Positions 1 through 18,593 of a DNA stretch of 64,000 nt are shown in pieces. The stretch's first letter is position 1, and every line of letters starts with the position of its first letter. Source of the DNA: the human T2T-CHM13v2.0 reference genome, Homo sapiens. The translations under genes were made by a program, and so were the position numbers. Location: assembly GCF_009914755.1 (NCBI RefSeq), contig NC_060948.1. One strand, 5' to 3'. The notes below the pieces were generated by a model. The model was not told the DNA's origin and made no database searches. It saw nothing but the letters and a program-made list of their open reading frames with translations.

Positions 1-1385
1 ATTATAATTTATTACATATATAATATATGTTATATATCATATATAGAATATATTATACGGTTAATATACGTATTAAATATAAATTATACATTATATATAT
101 TATATATAATATATCTGCTATATATAATACCCATTGTGCATAATATATATATTATGTCTATGTTATATAATATAAAACAACATATAATAATATATAATTG
201 TATATATAAAACGCGACATATAATATATATTATATTTTATGACATATGTAATATATATTATATATTATATATAATACGTTGTATGTATAATACCTATATT
301 AAATATAAATTATATGACTATGTTATTAATTACATGTCACATATGTTATATATTATATATTTTACATAGAATATACCGGTTACATACAATATATACTATG
401 TTACCTATAATGTATAATTTATTACATGTAAAATAAAGAATGCAATATATTATGTATAATTTATAATATACCATATGTGGAATGTGATATATATAACATA
501 TAATATATGATATATGATATACAGTATATGATATATAACATACAATATATGATACCTAATATATATGGTATACAATATATATTTTATGATATGTATTCTA
601 TATGTTTTATATTCTGATATATATAACTATTTGAAATTATATATAACTGTATAATATTTTATGTAAATATGTAATATAATATATAACTATATAATATATT
701 ATATATAACTATATATTATGTTATATATACTTTTATAACATAATTTACATAAAATATCATAATATAATATATATTATATTATTTCATATTACATAATATA
801 TATTACATATCACCCAATATAAGTAACATACATAATATTATAATATAGATTATATTATGTTATATTAAATATCATATATATCATGTATCATATATTCTAT
901 AATATATATGATACATTATATAATATGTATGCTGTCTATTATGTGATATATATAACTATATATAATTATATTATTATACATATTACTAGATAAACATGTA
1001 ATTCTACATATTTTCATTTATAATATATAGAATTATATAATCATATATAATTATTTATATTCTATAAAAAATTATATCATTATATAAATTATAATATATA
1101 AAAATTATAATATGTACTACAAATATATATATTATATATCATATATGATATAGTACCTTTGTTATATATCATAATACATATAAATGTGTATTATGTTATC
1201 TATAATTATATAATTTCATATATAAGATGTATAATATGTATTATATATTATATATGTTATGTAATATATATAGTATATATAAGATGACACAGGATAAATA
1301 TTATATACTATGACATATAAAATATATGAGGTTATATGTTACATATAAGGCATAGCACATAACATGTAATATATATCATATATAA
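1..1385. repeat. AT-rich low-complexity block of unit 1 (partial, cut by window start)
   Basis: Almost entirely A/T, interrupted TA runs, ends at the Alu poly-T at 1386; colinear with 2415-3801. Confidence 0.9.
491..560 (+). repeat. Degenerate 7-bp tandem sub-repeat (10 copies, ~ATATRAT) inside the AT block; present in every unit
   Basis: Parses as atataac|atataat|atatgat|atatgat|atacagt|atatgat|atataac|atacaat|atatgat|acctaat. Confidence 0.8.
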
Positions 1386-1677
<292 letters not shown>

Positions 1678-2250
1678 AGATCCATATTTTTTAAATGAAA
1701 AAAAATTTCAAAGGTACTCTGCTTGGTACAATAATCAAATGTATAAACTGAGGAATAAAACATAACCATGAAACCTACTTATAACTGCATATGGAAAATA
1801 CAGAGGATAATTTTTTAAATAACATATTTTGAAAGCCTTAACTAGTAATTTGAAGAGTTGGCATTTGAAAGGCCAGTATGAATACACCTTCAAAGCAGCA
1901 ACACAGGTTCCCCATGAGAAAAAGCAAACTCAGGGAAAATAAAACCACAAAGGTTCAATCTCTTCTGACCTTTGAAAGACACAGCACAGACAGTGGTCCT
2001 TAGGACGAAGAGCAGGAGACCCCTAATTCCGTCACCATGGCGATAGGGCATAAACATTGCTGGGTGAGGGCACAATCCACATTGTGAGGTCCAACTGCTG
2101 CCAGGAAGACAGGAGTGCTTTTACATAGACCGAAAGGTCATTGAAGGCTCAGAGTTTTGTTTCAAGAACTGAATCCCAAGCCCACACGTTATTAGGCTGC
2201 GCTTCTTAAAACAAGTTATGAGATGGGAAAAAGGGCACCTACAAACATAC
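1678..2250. repeat. HSATI-type non-Alu segment of unit 1 (representative; the ~573 bp after every Alu copy)
   Basis: Complex ~570-bp sequence between the Alu 5' end and the AT block, present in all 26 units. Named HSATI from the known DYZ2 architecture, not from a database match; boundaries approximate. Confidence 0.75.
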
Positions 2251-4093
<1,843 letters not shown>

Positions 4094-6192
4094 AGATCCA
4101 TATTTTTTAAATGAAAAAAAATTTCAAAGGTACTCTGCTTGGTACAATAATCAAATGTATAAACTGAGGAATAAAACATAACCATGAAACCTACTTATAA
4201 CTGCATATGGAAAATACAGAGGATAATTTTTTAAATCACATATTTTGAAAGCCTTAACTAGTAATTTGAAGAGTTGGCATTTGAAAGGCCAGTATGAATA
4301 TACCTTCAAAGCAGCAACACAGGTTCCCCATGAGAAAAAGCAAACTCAGGGAAAATAAAACCACAAAGGTTCAATCTCTTCTGACCTTTGAAAGACACAG
4401 CACAGACAGTGGTCCTTAGGACGAAGAGCAGGAGACCCCTAATTCCGTCACCATGGCGATAGGGCATAAACATTGCTGGGTGAGGGCACAATCCACATTG
4501 TGAGGTCCAACTGCTGCCAGGAAGACAGGAGTGCTTTTACATAGACCGAAAGGTCATTGAAGGCTCAGAGTTTTGTTTCAAGAACTGAATCCCAAGCCCA
4601 CACGTTATTAGGCTGCGCTTCTTAAAACAAGTTATGAGATGGGAAAAAGGGCACCTACAAACATACGTATACATTATGTATATAATAATATACAGTATCA
4701 TATATATAATATATATAACCCATGTATAATATTGTTTTACATCCTGCATCTTATATTATATATATTGTATAAAATATAATAATTGATAATATATAAATTT
4801 TATATTTATACAATATGACATATAGTATATATTATAATTTATTACATATATAATATATGTTATATATCATATATAGAATATATTATACGGTTAATATACG
4901 TATTAAATATAAATTATACATTATATATATTATATATAATATATCTGCTATATATAATACCCATTGTGCATAATATATATATTATGTCTATGTTATATAA
5001 TATAAAACAACATATAATAATATATAATTGCATATATAAAACGCGACATATAATATATATTATATTTTATGACATATGTAATATATATTATATATTATAT
5101 ATAATACGTTGTATGTATAATACCTATATTAAATATAAATTATATGACTATGTTATTAATTACATGTCACATATGTTATATATTATATATTTTACATAGA
5201 ATATACCGGTTACATACAATATATACTATGTTACCTATAATGTATAATTTATTACATGTAAAATAAAGAATGCAATATATTATGTATAATTTATAATATA
5301 CAATATGTGGAATGTGATATATATAACATATAATATATGATATATGATATACAGTATATGATATATAACATACAATATATGATACCTAATATATATGGTA
5401 TACAATATATATTTTATGATATGTATTCTATATGTTTTATATTCTGATATATATAACTATTTGAAATTATATATAACTGTATAATATTTTATGTAAATAT
5501 GTAATATAATATATAACTATATAATATATTATATATAACTATATATTATGTTATATATACTTTTATAACATAATTTACATAAAATATCATAATATAATAT
5601 ATATTATATTATTTCATATTACATAATATATATTACATATCACCCAATATAAGTAACATACATAATATTATAATATAGATTATATTATGTTATATTAAAT
5701 ATCATATATATCATGTATCATATATTCTATAATATATATGATACATTATATAATATGTATGCTGTCTATTATGTGATATATATAACTATATATAATTATA
5801 TTATTATACATATTACTAGATAAACATGTAATTCTACATATTTTCATTTATAATATATAGAATTATATAATCATATATAATTATTTATATTCTATAAAAA
5901 ATTATATCATTATATAAATTATAATATATAAAAATTATAATATGTACTACAAATATATATATTATATATCATATATGATATAGTACCTTTGTTATATATC
6001 ATAATACATATAAATGTGTATTATGTTATCTATAATTATATAATTTCATATATAAGATGTATAATATGTATTATATATTATATATGTTATGTAATATATA
6101 TAGTATATATAAGATGACACAGGATAAATATTATATACTATGACATATAAAATATATGAGGTTATATGTTACATATAAGGCATAGCACATAA

Positions 6193-6507
<315 letters not shown>

Positions 6508-8606
6508 AGATCCATATTTTTTAAATGAAAAAAAATTTCAAAGGTACTCTGCTTGGTACAATAATCAAATGTATAAACTGAGGAATAAAACATAACCATG
6601 AAACCTACTTATAACTGCATATGGAAAATACAGAGGATAATTTTTTAAATAACATATTTTGAAAGCCTTAACTAGTAATTTGAAGAGTTGGCATTTGAAA
6701 GGCCAGTATGAATACACCTTCAAAGCAGCAACACAGGTTCCCCATGAGAAAAAGCAAACTCAGGGAAAATAAAACCACAAAGGTTCAATCTCTTCTGACC
6801 TTTGAAAGACACAGCACAGACAGTGGTCCTTAGGACGAAGAGCAGGAGACCCCTAATTCCGTCACCATGGCGATAGGGCATAAACATTGCTGGGTGAGGG
6901 CACAATCCACATTGTGAGGTCCAACTGCTGCCAGGAAGACAGGAGTGCTTTTACATAGACCGAAAGGTCATTGAAGGCTCAGAGTTTTGTTTCAAGAACT
7001 GAATCCCAAGCCCACACGTTATTAGGCTGCGCTTCTTAAAACAAGTTATGAGATGGGAAAAAGGGCACCTACAAACATACGTATACATTATGTATATAAT
7101 AATATACAGTATCATATATATAATATATATAACCCATGTATAATATTGTTTTACATCCTGCATCTTATATTATATATATTGTATAAAATATAATAATTGA
7201 TAATATATAAATTTTATATTTATACAATATGACATATAGTATATATTATAATTTATTACATATATAATATATGTTATATATCATATATAGAATATATTAT
7301 ACGGTTAATATACGTATTAAATATAAATTATACATTATATATATTATATATAATATATCTGCTATATATAATACCCATTGTGCATAATATATATATTATG
7401 TCTATGTTATATAATATAAAACAACATATAATAATATATAATTGCATATATAAAACGCGACATATAATATATATTATATTTTATGACATATGTAATATAT
7501 ATTATATATTATATATAATACGTTGTATGTATAATACCTATATTAAATATAAATTATATGACTATGTTATTAATTACATGTCACATATGTTATATATTAT
7601 ATATTTTACATAGAATATACCGGTTACATACAATATATACTATGTTACCTATAATGTATAATTTATTACATGTAAAATAAAGAATGCAATATATTATGTA
7701 TAATTTATAATATACAATATGTGGAATGTGATATATATAACATATAATATATGATATATGATATACAGTATATGATATATAACATACAATATATGATACC
7801 TAATATATATGGTATACAATATATATTTTATGATATGTATTCTATATGTTTTATATTCTGATATATATAACTATTTGAAATTATATATAACTGTATAATA
7901 TTTTATGTAAATATGTAATATAATATATAACTATATAATATATTATATATAACTATATATTATGTTATATATACTTTTATAACATAATTTACATAAAATA
8001 TCATAATATAATATATATTATATTATTTCATATTACATAATATATATTACATATCACCCAATATAAGTAACATACATAATATTATAATATAGATTATATT
8101 ATGTTATATTAAATATCATATATATCATGTATCATATATTCTATAATATATATGATACATTATATAATATGTATGCTGTCTATTATGTGATATATATAAC
8201 TATATATAATTATATTATTATACATATTACTAGATAAACATGTAATTCTACATATTTTCATTTATAATATATAGAATTATATAATCATATATAATTATTT
8301 ATATTCTATAAAAAATTATATCATTATATAAATTATAATATATAAAAATTATAATATGTACTACAAATATATATATTATATATCATATATGATATAGTAC
8401 CTTTGTTATATATCATAATACATATAAATGTGTATTATGTTATCTATAATTATATAATTTCATATATAAGATGTATAATATGTATTATATATTATATATG
8501 TTATGTAATATATATAGTATATATAAGATGACACAGGATAAATATTATATACTATGACATATAAAATATATGAGGTTATATGTTACATATAAGGCATAGC
8601 ACATAA

Positions 8607-8921
<315 letters not shown>

Positions 8922-11022
8922 AGATCCATATTTTTTAAATGAAAAAAAATTTCAAAGGTACTCTGCTTGGTACAATAATCAAATGTATAAACTGAGGAAT
9001 AAAACATAACCATGAAACCTACTTATAACTGCATATGGAAAATACAGAGGATAATTTTTTAAATAACATATTTTGAAAGCCTTAACTAGTAATTTGAAGA
9101 GTTGGCATTTGAAAGGCCAGTATGAATACACCTTCAAAGCAGCAACACAGGTTCCCCATGAGAAAAAGCAAACTCAGGGAAAATAAAACCACAAAGGTTC
9201 AATCTCTTCTGACCTTTGAAAGACACAGCACAGACAGTGGTCCTTAGGACGAAGAGCAGGAGACCCCTAATTCCGTCACCATGGCGATAGGGCATAAACA
9301 TTGCTGGGTGAGGGCACAATCCACATTGTGAGGTCCAACTGCTGCCAGGAAGACAGGAGTGCTTTTACATAGACCGAAAGGTCATTGAAGGCTCAGAGTT
9401 TTGTTTCAAGAACTGAATCCCAAGCCCACACGTTATTAGGCTGCGCTTCTTAAAACAAGTTATGAGATGGGAAAAAGGGCACCTACAAACATACGTATAC
9501 ATTATGTATATAATAATATACAGTATCATATATATAATATATATAACCCATGTATAATATTGTTTTACATCCTGCATCTTATATTATATATATTGTATAA
9601 AATATAATAATTGATAATATATAAATTTTATATTTATACAATATGACATATAGTATATATTATAATTTATTACATATATAATATATGTTATATATCATAT
9701 ATAGAATATATTATACGGTTAATATACGTATTAAATATAAATTATACATTATATATATTATATATAATATATCTGCTATATATAATACCCATTGTGCATA
9801 ATATATATATTATGTCTATGTTATATATAGTATAAAACAACATATAATAATATATAATTGTATATATAAAACGCGACATATAATATATATTATATTTTAT
9901 GACATATGTAATATATATTATATATTATATATAATACGTTGTATGTATAATACCTATATTAAATATAAATTATATGACTATGTTATTAATTACATGTCAC
10001 ATATGTTATATATTATATATTTTACATAGAATATACCGGTTACATACAATATATACCATGTTACCTATAATGTATAATTTATTACATGTAAAATAAAGAA
10101 TGCAATATATTATGTATAATTTATAATATACAATATGTGGAATGTGATATATATAACATATAATATATGATATATGATATACAGTATATGATATATAACA
10201 TACAATATATGATACCTAATATATATGGTATACAATATATATTTTATGATATGTATTCTATATGTTTTATATTCTGTTATATATAACTATTTGAAATTAT
10301 ATATAACTGTATAATATTTTATGTAAATATGTAATATAATATATAACTATATAATATATTATATATAACTATATATTATGTTATATATACTTTTATAACA
10401 TAATTTACATAAAATATCATAATATAATATATATTATATTATTTCATATTACATAATATATATTACATATCACCCAATATAAGTAACATACATAATATTA
10501 TAATATAGATTATATTATGTTATATTAAATATCATATATATCATGTATCATATATTCTATAATATATATGATACATTATATAATATGTATGCTGTCTATT
10601 ATGTGATATATATAACTATATATAATTATATTATTATACATATTACTAGATAAACATGTAATTCTACATATTTTCATTTATAATATATAGAATTATATAA
10701 TCATATATAATTATTTATATTCTATAAAAAATTATATCATTATATAAATTATAATATATAAAAATTATAATATGTACTACAAATATATATATTATATATC
10801 ATATATGATATAGTACCTTTGTTATATATCATAATACATATAAATGTGTATTATGTTATCTATAATTATATAATTTCATATATAAGATGTATAATATGTA
10901 TTATATATTATATATGTTATGTAATATATATAGTATATATAAGATGACACAGGATAAATATTATATACTATGACATATAAAATATATGAGGTTATATGTT
11001 ACATATAAGGCATAGCACATAA

Positions 11023-11337
<315 letters not shown>

Positions 11338-13438
11338 AGATCCATATTTTTTAAATGAAAAAAAATTTCAAAGGTACTCTGCTTGGTACAATAATCAAAT
11401 GTATAAACTGAGGAATAAAACATAACCATGAAACCTACTTATAACTGCATATGGAAAATACAGAGGATAATTTTTTAAATAACATATTTTGAAAGCCTTA
11501 ACTAGTAATTTGAAGAGTTGGCATTTGAAAGGCCAGTATGAATACACCTTCAAAGCAGCAACACAGGTTCCCCATGAGAAAAAGCAAACTCAGGGAAAAT
11601 AAAACCACAAAGGTTCAATCTCTTCTGACCTTTGAAAGACACAGCACAGACAGTGGTCCTTAGGACGAAGAGCAGGAGACCCCTAATTCCGTCACCATGG
11701 CGATAGGGCATAAACATTGCTGGGTGAGGGCACAATCCACATTGTGAGGTCCAACTGCTGCCAGGAAGACAGGAGTGCTTTTACATAGACCGAAAGGTCA
11801 TTGAAGGCTCAGAGTTTTGTTTCAAGAACTGAATCCCAAGCCCACACGTTATTAGGCTGCGCTTCTTAAAACAAGTTATGAGATGGGAAAAAGGGCACCT
11901 ACAAACATACGTATACATTATGTATATAATAATATACAGTATCATATATATAATATATATAACCCATGTATAATATTGTTTTACATCCTGCATCTTATAT
12001 TATATATATTGTATAAAATATAATAATTGATAATATATAAATTTTATATTTATACAATATGACATATAGTATATATTATAATTTATTACATATATAATAT
12101 ATGTTATATATCATATATAGAATATATTATACGGTTAATATACGTATTAAATATAAATTATACATTATATATATTATATATAATATATCTGCTATATATA
12201 ATACCCATTGTGCATAATATATATATTATGTCTATGTTATATATAGTATAAAACAACATATAATAATATATAATTGTATATATAAAACGCGACATATAAT
12301 ATATATTATATTTTATGACATATGTAATATATATTATATATTATATATAATACGTTGTATGTATAATACCTATATTAAATATAAATTATATGACTATGTT
12401 ATTAATTACATGTCACATATGTTATATATTATATATTTTACATAGAATATACCGGTTACATACAATATATACCATGTTACCTATAATGTATAATTTATTA
12501 CATGTAAAATAAAGAATGCAATATATTATGTATAATTTATAATATACAATATGTGGAATGTGATATATATAACATATAATATATGATATATGATATACAG
12601 TATATGATATATAACATACAATATATGATACCTAATATATATGGTATACAATATATATTTTATGATATGTATTCTATATGTTTTATATTCTGTTATATAT
12701 AACTATTTGAAATTATATATAACTGTATAATATTTTATGTAAATATGTAATATAATATATAACTATATAATATATTATATATAACTATATATTATGTTAT
12801 ATATACTTTTATAACATAATTTACATAAAATATCATAATATAATATATATTATATTATTTCATATTACATAATATATATTACATATCACCCAATATAAGT
12901 AACATACATAATATTATAATATAGATTATATTATGTTATATTAAATATCATATATATCATGTATCATATATTCTATAATATATATGATACATTATATAAT
13001 ATGTATGCTGTCTATTATGTGATATATATAACTATATATAATTATATTATTATACATATTACTAGATAAACATGTAATTCTACATATTTTCATTTATAAT
13101 ATATAGAATTATATAATCATATATAATTATTTATATTCTATAAAAAATTATATCATTATATAAATTATAATATATAAAAATTATAATATGTACTACAAAT
13201 ATATATATTATATATCATATATGATATAGTACCTTTGTTATATATCATAATACATATAAATGTGTATTATGTTATCTATAATTATATAATTTCATATATA
13301 AGATGTATAATATGTATCATATATTATATATGTTATGTAATATATATAGTATATATAAGATGACACAGGATAAATATTATATACTATGACATATAAAATA
13401 TATGAGGTTATATGTTACATATAAGGCATAGCACATAA

Positions 13439-13753
<315 letters not shown>

Positions 13754-15881
13754 AGATCCATATTTTTTAAATGAAAAAAAATTTCAAAGGTACTCTGCTT
13801 GGTACAATAATCAAATGTATAAACTGAGGAATAAAACATAACCATGAAACCTACTTATAACTGCATATGGAAAATACAGAGGATAATTTTTTAAATAACA
13901 TATTTTGAAAGCCTTAACTAGTAATTTGAAGAGTTGGCATTTGAAAGGCCAGTATGAATACACCTTCAAAGCAGCAACACAGGTTCCCCATGAGAAAAAG
14001 CAAACTCAGGGAAAATAAAACCACAAAGGTTCAATCTCTTCTGACCTTTGAAAGACACAGCACAGACAGTGGTCCTTAGGACGAAGAGCAGGAGACCCCT
14101 AATTCCGTCACCATGGCGATAGGGCATAAACATTGCTGGGTGAGGGCACAATCCACATTGTGAGGTCCAACTGCTGCCAGGAAGACAGGAGTGCTTTTAC
14201 ATAGACCGAAAGGTCATTGAAGGCTCAGAGTTTTGTTTCAAGAACTGAATCCCAAGCCCACACGTTATTAGGCTGCGCTTCTTAAAACAAGTTATGAGAT
14301 GGGAAAAAGGGCACCCACAAACATACGTATACATTATGTATATAATAATATACAGTATCATATATATAATATATATAACCTATGTATAATATTGTTTTAC
14401 ATCCTGCATCTTATATTATATATATTGTCTAAAATATAATAATTGATAAAATATAAGTTTTATATTTATACAATATGACATATAGTATATATTATAATTT
14501 ATGACATATATAATATATGTTATATATCATATATAGAATATATTATACGGTTAATATACGTATTAAATATAAATTATACATTATATATATTATATAAAAT
14601 ATATCTGTTATATATAATACCCATTGTGCATAATATATATATTATGTCTATGTTATATATACTATAAAACAACATATAATAATATATAACTGTATATATA
14701 AAATGCGACATATAATATATATTATATTTTATGACATATGTAATATATATTATATATTATATATAATACGTTGTATGTATAATACCTATATTAAATATAT
14801 ATTATATGACTATGTTATTAATTACATGTCACATATGTTATATATTATATATTTTACATAGAATATACCGGTTACATACAATATATACTATGTTACCTAT
14901 AATGTATAATTTATTACATGTAAAATAAAGAATGCAATATATTATGTATAATTTATAATATACAATATGTGGAATGTGATATATATAACATATAATATAT
15001 GATATATGATATACAGTATATGATATATAACATACAATATATGATACCTGATATATATGGTATACAATATATATTTTATGATATGTATTCTCTATGTTTT
15101 ATATTCTGTTATATATAACTATTTGAAATTATATATAACTGTATAATATTTTATGTAAATATGTAATATAATATATATAACTATATAATATTTTATATAT
15201 AACTATATATTATGTTATATATACTTTTATAACATAATTTACATAAAATATCATAATATAATATATATTATATTATTTCATATTACATAATATACATTCC
15301 ATATGACCCAATATAAGTAACATACATAATATTATAATATAGATTATATTATGTTATATTAAATTTCATATATATCATGTATCATATATTCCATAATATA
15401 TATTATACATTATATAATATGTATGTTGTCTATTATGTGATATATATAACTAAATATATAATTATATTGTTATACATATAACTAGATAAACATGTAATTC
15501 TGCATATTTTCATTTATAATATATAGAATTATATAATCATATATAATTATTTATATTCTATAAAAAATTATATCATTATATAAATTATAATATATAAAAA
15601 TCATAATATGTCCTACAAATATATATATTATATATCATATATGATATAGTACCTTTGTTATATATCATAATACATATAAATGTGTATTATGTTATCTATA
15701 ATTATATAATTTCATATATAAGATGTATAATATGTATTATATATTATATATGTTATGTAATATATATAGTATATATAAGATGTCACAGGATAAATATTAT
15801 ATACTATGACATATAAAATATATGAGGTTATATGTTACATATAAGGCATAGCACATAACATGTAATATATATCATCTATAA

Positions 15882-16173
<292 letters not shown>

Positions 16174-18301
16174 AGATCCATATTTTTTAAATGAAAAAAA
16201 ATTTCAAAGGTACTCTGCTTGGTACAATAATCAAATGTATAAACTGAGGAATAAAACATAACCATGAAACCTACTTATAACTGCATATGGAAAATACAGA
16301 GGATAATTTTTTAAATAACATATTTTGAAAGCCTTAACTAGTAATTTGAAGAGTTGGCATTTGAAAGGCCAGTATGAATATACCTTCAAAGCAGCAACAC
16401 AGGTTCCCCATGAGAAAAAGCAAACTCAGGGAAAATAAAACCACAAAGGTTCAATCTCTTCTGACCTTTGAAAGACACAGCACAGACAGTGGTCCTTAGG
16501 ACGAAGAGCAGGAGACCCCTAATTCCGTCACCATGGCGATAGGGCATAAACATTGCTGGGTGAGGGCACAATCCACATTGTGAGGTCCAACTGCTGCCAG
16601 GAAGACAGGAGTGCTTTTACATAGACCGAAAGGTCATTGAAGGCTCAGAGTTTTGTTTCAAGAACTGAATCCCAAGCCCACACGTTATTAGGCTGCGCTT
16701 CTTAAAACAAGTTATGAGATGGGAAAAAGGGCACCCACAAACATACGTATACATTATGTATATAATAATATACAGTATCATATATATAATATATATAACC
16801 TATGTATAATATTGTTTTACATAATGCATCTTATATTATATATATTGTATAAAATATAATAATTGATAATATATAAGTTTCATATTTATACAATATGACA
16901 TATAGTATATATTATAATTTATGACATATATAATATATGTTATATATCATATATAGAATATATTATACGATTAATATACGTATTAAATATAAATTATACA
17001 TTATATATATTATATATAATATATCTGTTATATATAATACCCATTATGCATAATATATATATTATATCTATGTTATATATAGTATAAAACAACATATAAT
17101 AATATATAATTGTATATATAAAATGCGACATATAATATATATTATATTTTATGACATATGTAATATATATTATATATTATATATAATACGTTGTATGTAT
17201 AATACCTATAATAAATATATATTATATGACTATGTTATTAATTAGATGTCACATGTGTTATATATTATATATTTTACATAGAATATACCGGTTACATACA
17301 ATATATACTATGTTACCTATAATGTATAATTTATTACATGTAAAATAAAGAATGCAATATATTATGTATAATTTATAATATACAATATGTGGAATGTGAT
17401 ATATATAACATATAATATATGATATATGATATACAGTATATGATATATAACATACAATATATGATACCGAATATATATGGTATACAATATATATTTTATG
17501 ATATGTATTCTATATGTTTTATATTCTGTTATATATAACTATTTGAAATTATATATAACTGTATAATATTTTATGTAAATATGTAATATAATATATATAA
17601 CTATATAATATATTATATATAACTATATATTATGTTATATATACTTTTATAACATAATTTACATAAAATATCATAATATAATATATATTATATTATTTCA
17701 TATTACATAATATATATTACATATCACCCAATATAAGTAACATACATAATATTATAATATAGATTATGTTATGTTATATTAAATATCATATATATCATGT
17801 ATCATATATTCTATAATATATATTATACATTATATAATATGTATGTTGTCTATTATGAGATATATATAACTATATATATAATTATATTATTATACATATA
17901 ACTAGATAAACATGTAATTCTACATATTTTCATTTATAATATATAGAATTATATAATCATATATAATTATTTATATTCTATAAAAAATTATATCATTATA
18001 TAAATTATAATATATAAAAATTATAATATGTACTACAAATATATATATTATATATCATATATGATATAGTACCTTTGTTATATATCATAATACATATAAA
18101 TGTGTATTATGTTATCTATAATTATATAATTTCATATATAAGATGTATAATATGTATTATATATTATATATGTTATGTAATATATATAGTATATATAAGA
18201 TGACACAGGATAAATATTATATACTATGACATATAAAATATATGAGGTTATATGTTACATATAAGGCATAGCACATAATATGTAATATATATCATCTATA
18301 A

Positions 18302-18593
<292 letters not shown>

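Noticed and set aside
136-369. I/Y/N-rich ORFs in the AT block (also 2121-2333, 21703-21927, 21991-22173, 24518-24754, 26946-27140, 29365-29559)
   Set aside because: These are translations of TA-repeat DNA; they appear or vanish with single SNVs or 2-bp indels.
1988-2010. GTCC-tta-GGAC-GAAG resembles hammerhead ribozyme stem II plus GAAA; satellite-borne hammerheads are known in newts and schistosomes
   Set aside because: The essential CUGANGA core is absent (GACAGTG precedes the stem), GAAA is GAAG, and I could not build stems I and III. An Infernal search with Rfam hammerhead models would settle it.
1890-2075. 61-aa minus-strand ORF (MCPHPAMF...) open in all 26 units
   Set aside because: It starts at TTG, has no recognisable domain, and its persistence is expected from near-identity of the units; the variants seen include several non-synonymous changes, with no sign of purifying selection.
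2031-2087. Strong Kozak context gtcaccATGG opening a 16-codon ORF (MAIGHKHCWVRAQSTL)
   Set aside because: Too short, with no promoter or splice evidence; compatible with chance.
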